Shown here: piece after piece, positions 48,346 to 49,413 of the stretch
Numbering within the stretch: position 1 is the stretch's first letter
Layout of the letters: every line of letters begins with the position of its first letter
Source of the DNA: Octopus bimaculoides
Taxonomy: Eukaryota
Length of the DNA: 49,413 nucleotides
Direction: 5' to 3'
Assembly (NCBI RefSeq): GCF_001194135.2
Contig: NC_068996.1
Span: forward strand, 50,143,779 to 50,193,191
The notes under the pieces: model-generated
What the model saw: only the letters and a program-made list of their open reading frames with translations
The model's database searches: none
Told to the model about the DNA's origin: nothing
Made by a program: the position numbers and the translations under genes

Positions 48346-49250
48346 GTTCTGAATTGTTCATCAATTACTGCAGAGCTTAATGGCCACCTCGAGAACCCAG
48401 TTTCCACAAAAACTGTTCACCGGGAGCTGCACAAAGCCAGATTTCACGGGAGGACTGCAATAAAAAAACCACTACTTTCAAAAACAAATGTTGCAAAGTG
48501 TTTAGAGTGAAGTAAAAACCTACAGAATTGGTCCCTAGAGCAGTGACAAAATGTTATTTTCTCGGACAAGTCATCCTTACCCTATTTCTGACCACCAGCT
48601 GAGTATATGTGTGGAGACAGCCAAAAGAAGTAATTGACCCAGACTGTCTTCTTCCAACTGTTAAACATGGAGGAGGATCAGTGATGATCTNNNNNNNNNN
48701 NNNNNNNNNNNNNNNNNNNNNNNNNNNNNNNNNNNNNNNNNNNNNNNGGGGGGGGGGGGCTATATCTTGGAAATCCACCAGCCAAATGGTTTCCCTTCAA
48801 GGCAGAATTAACAGTTAAGCATTTTATCTGATCAAATTTATCCTATTTTTGCAGAACTGTTTCCAGAGGGAAATGCAATCTTTCAGGATGATAATGCACC
48901 AATTCACACAGCTAAAGTTGTTACTGAATGGCACAAGGAACATTCTAGTGACATTGAACATCTTATTTGGTTACCACGGTCTCCAGATCTCAATATTATT
49001 GAACATTTATGAGCATTTTAGAAAAACAAGTAAGGAGTCAATATGCTCCACCGTCACTACAAGAACAAGAGACTGTTTTAGCTGAAGAATGGACAAAAAT
49101 TCCTTTGGAAACAATTCAAATTTTGTATGAGTCCATACCTCATAGAATTCAAGCTGTAATTACTGCCAAAGGTGGTCCTACCCCATATTAAAATAAATCT
49201 GTTTTAAGGTGAAATTTTAAGGTGTTTCCATTATTTTGTCCAACCCCTGT
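48345..49250 (+). mobile_element. 5'-truncated Tc1-like transposon relic, DD36E spacing
   Basis: FSDKS, PTVKHGGGSVMI, FQDDNAPIH, SPDLNIIEHL* and AVITAKGGPTPY* motifs are present, with several stops. The right TIR ggtgtttccattattttgtccaacccctgt is at 49221-49250. Confidence 0.88.
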
Positions 49251-49251
49251 T

Positions 49252-49413
49252 TATCATCATCATCATCATCATCATCGTTTAACGTCCGCTTTCCATGCTA
49301 GCATGGGTTGGACGATTTGACTGAGGACTGGTGAAACCGGATGGCAACACCAGGCTCCAGTCTGATTTGGCAGAGTTTCTACAGCTGGATGCCCTTCCTA
49401 ACGCCAACCACTC
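49252..49413 (-). mobile_element. Young RTE 3' tail (runs off the window)
   Basis: (ATC)n + gtttaacgtccgctttccatgctagcatgggttggacg, the near-exact reverse complement of 45055-45203. Confidence 0.9.

Overview
This is AT-rich, microsatellite-dense animal genomic DNA with about a dozen N-gaps. The repeat content (tRNA-headed SINEs of OK/OR1/OR2 type, RTE tails ending in (GAT)n) points to an Octopus-like coleoid cephalopod; this is inference, not a database result. One host gene is supported: a + strand Jupiter/HN1 (JPT) family microtubule-associated protein gene. Its coding exons are 16309-16535, 28574-28608 (35-nt microexon) and 34756-34827; the ATG exon is unresolved. The rest is mostly transposon-derived: CORE-like and Meta-like SINEs, RTE and R4/Dong LINE pieces, an internally deleted mariner with intact TIRs, a DD36E Tc1 relic, hAT pieces, MITEs and Helitron-like elements. 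The most notable observations are five. (1) Two minimal Penelope-type hammerhead ribozyme motifs, one sense-oriented inside a Jupiter intron. (2) A PHD-type zinc finger inserted inside an RTE reverse transcriptase. (3) A mirror-image (CCCTAA)n-(TTAGGG)n interstitial array whose polarity is opposite to a telomere fusion. (4) A CAG-C-CAG tandem acceptor that restores the frame if the microexon is skipped. (5) A ~257-bp palindrome just upstream of the last exon. All translations and alignments were done by eye, and repeat boundaries are approximate.
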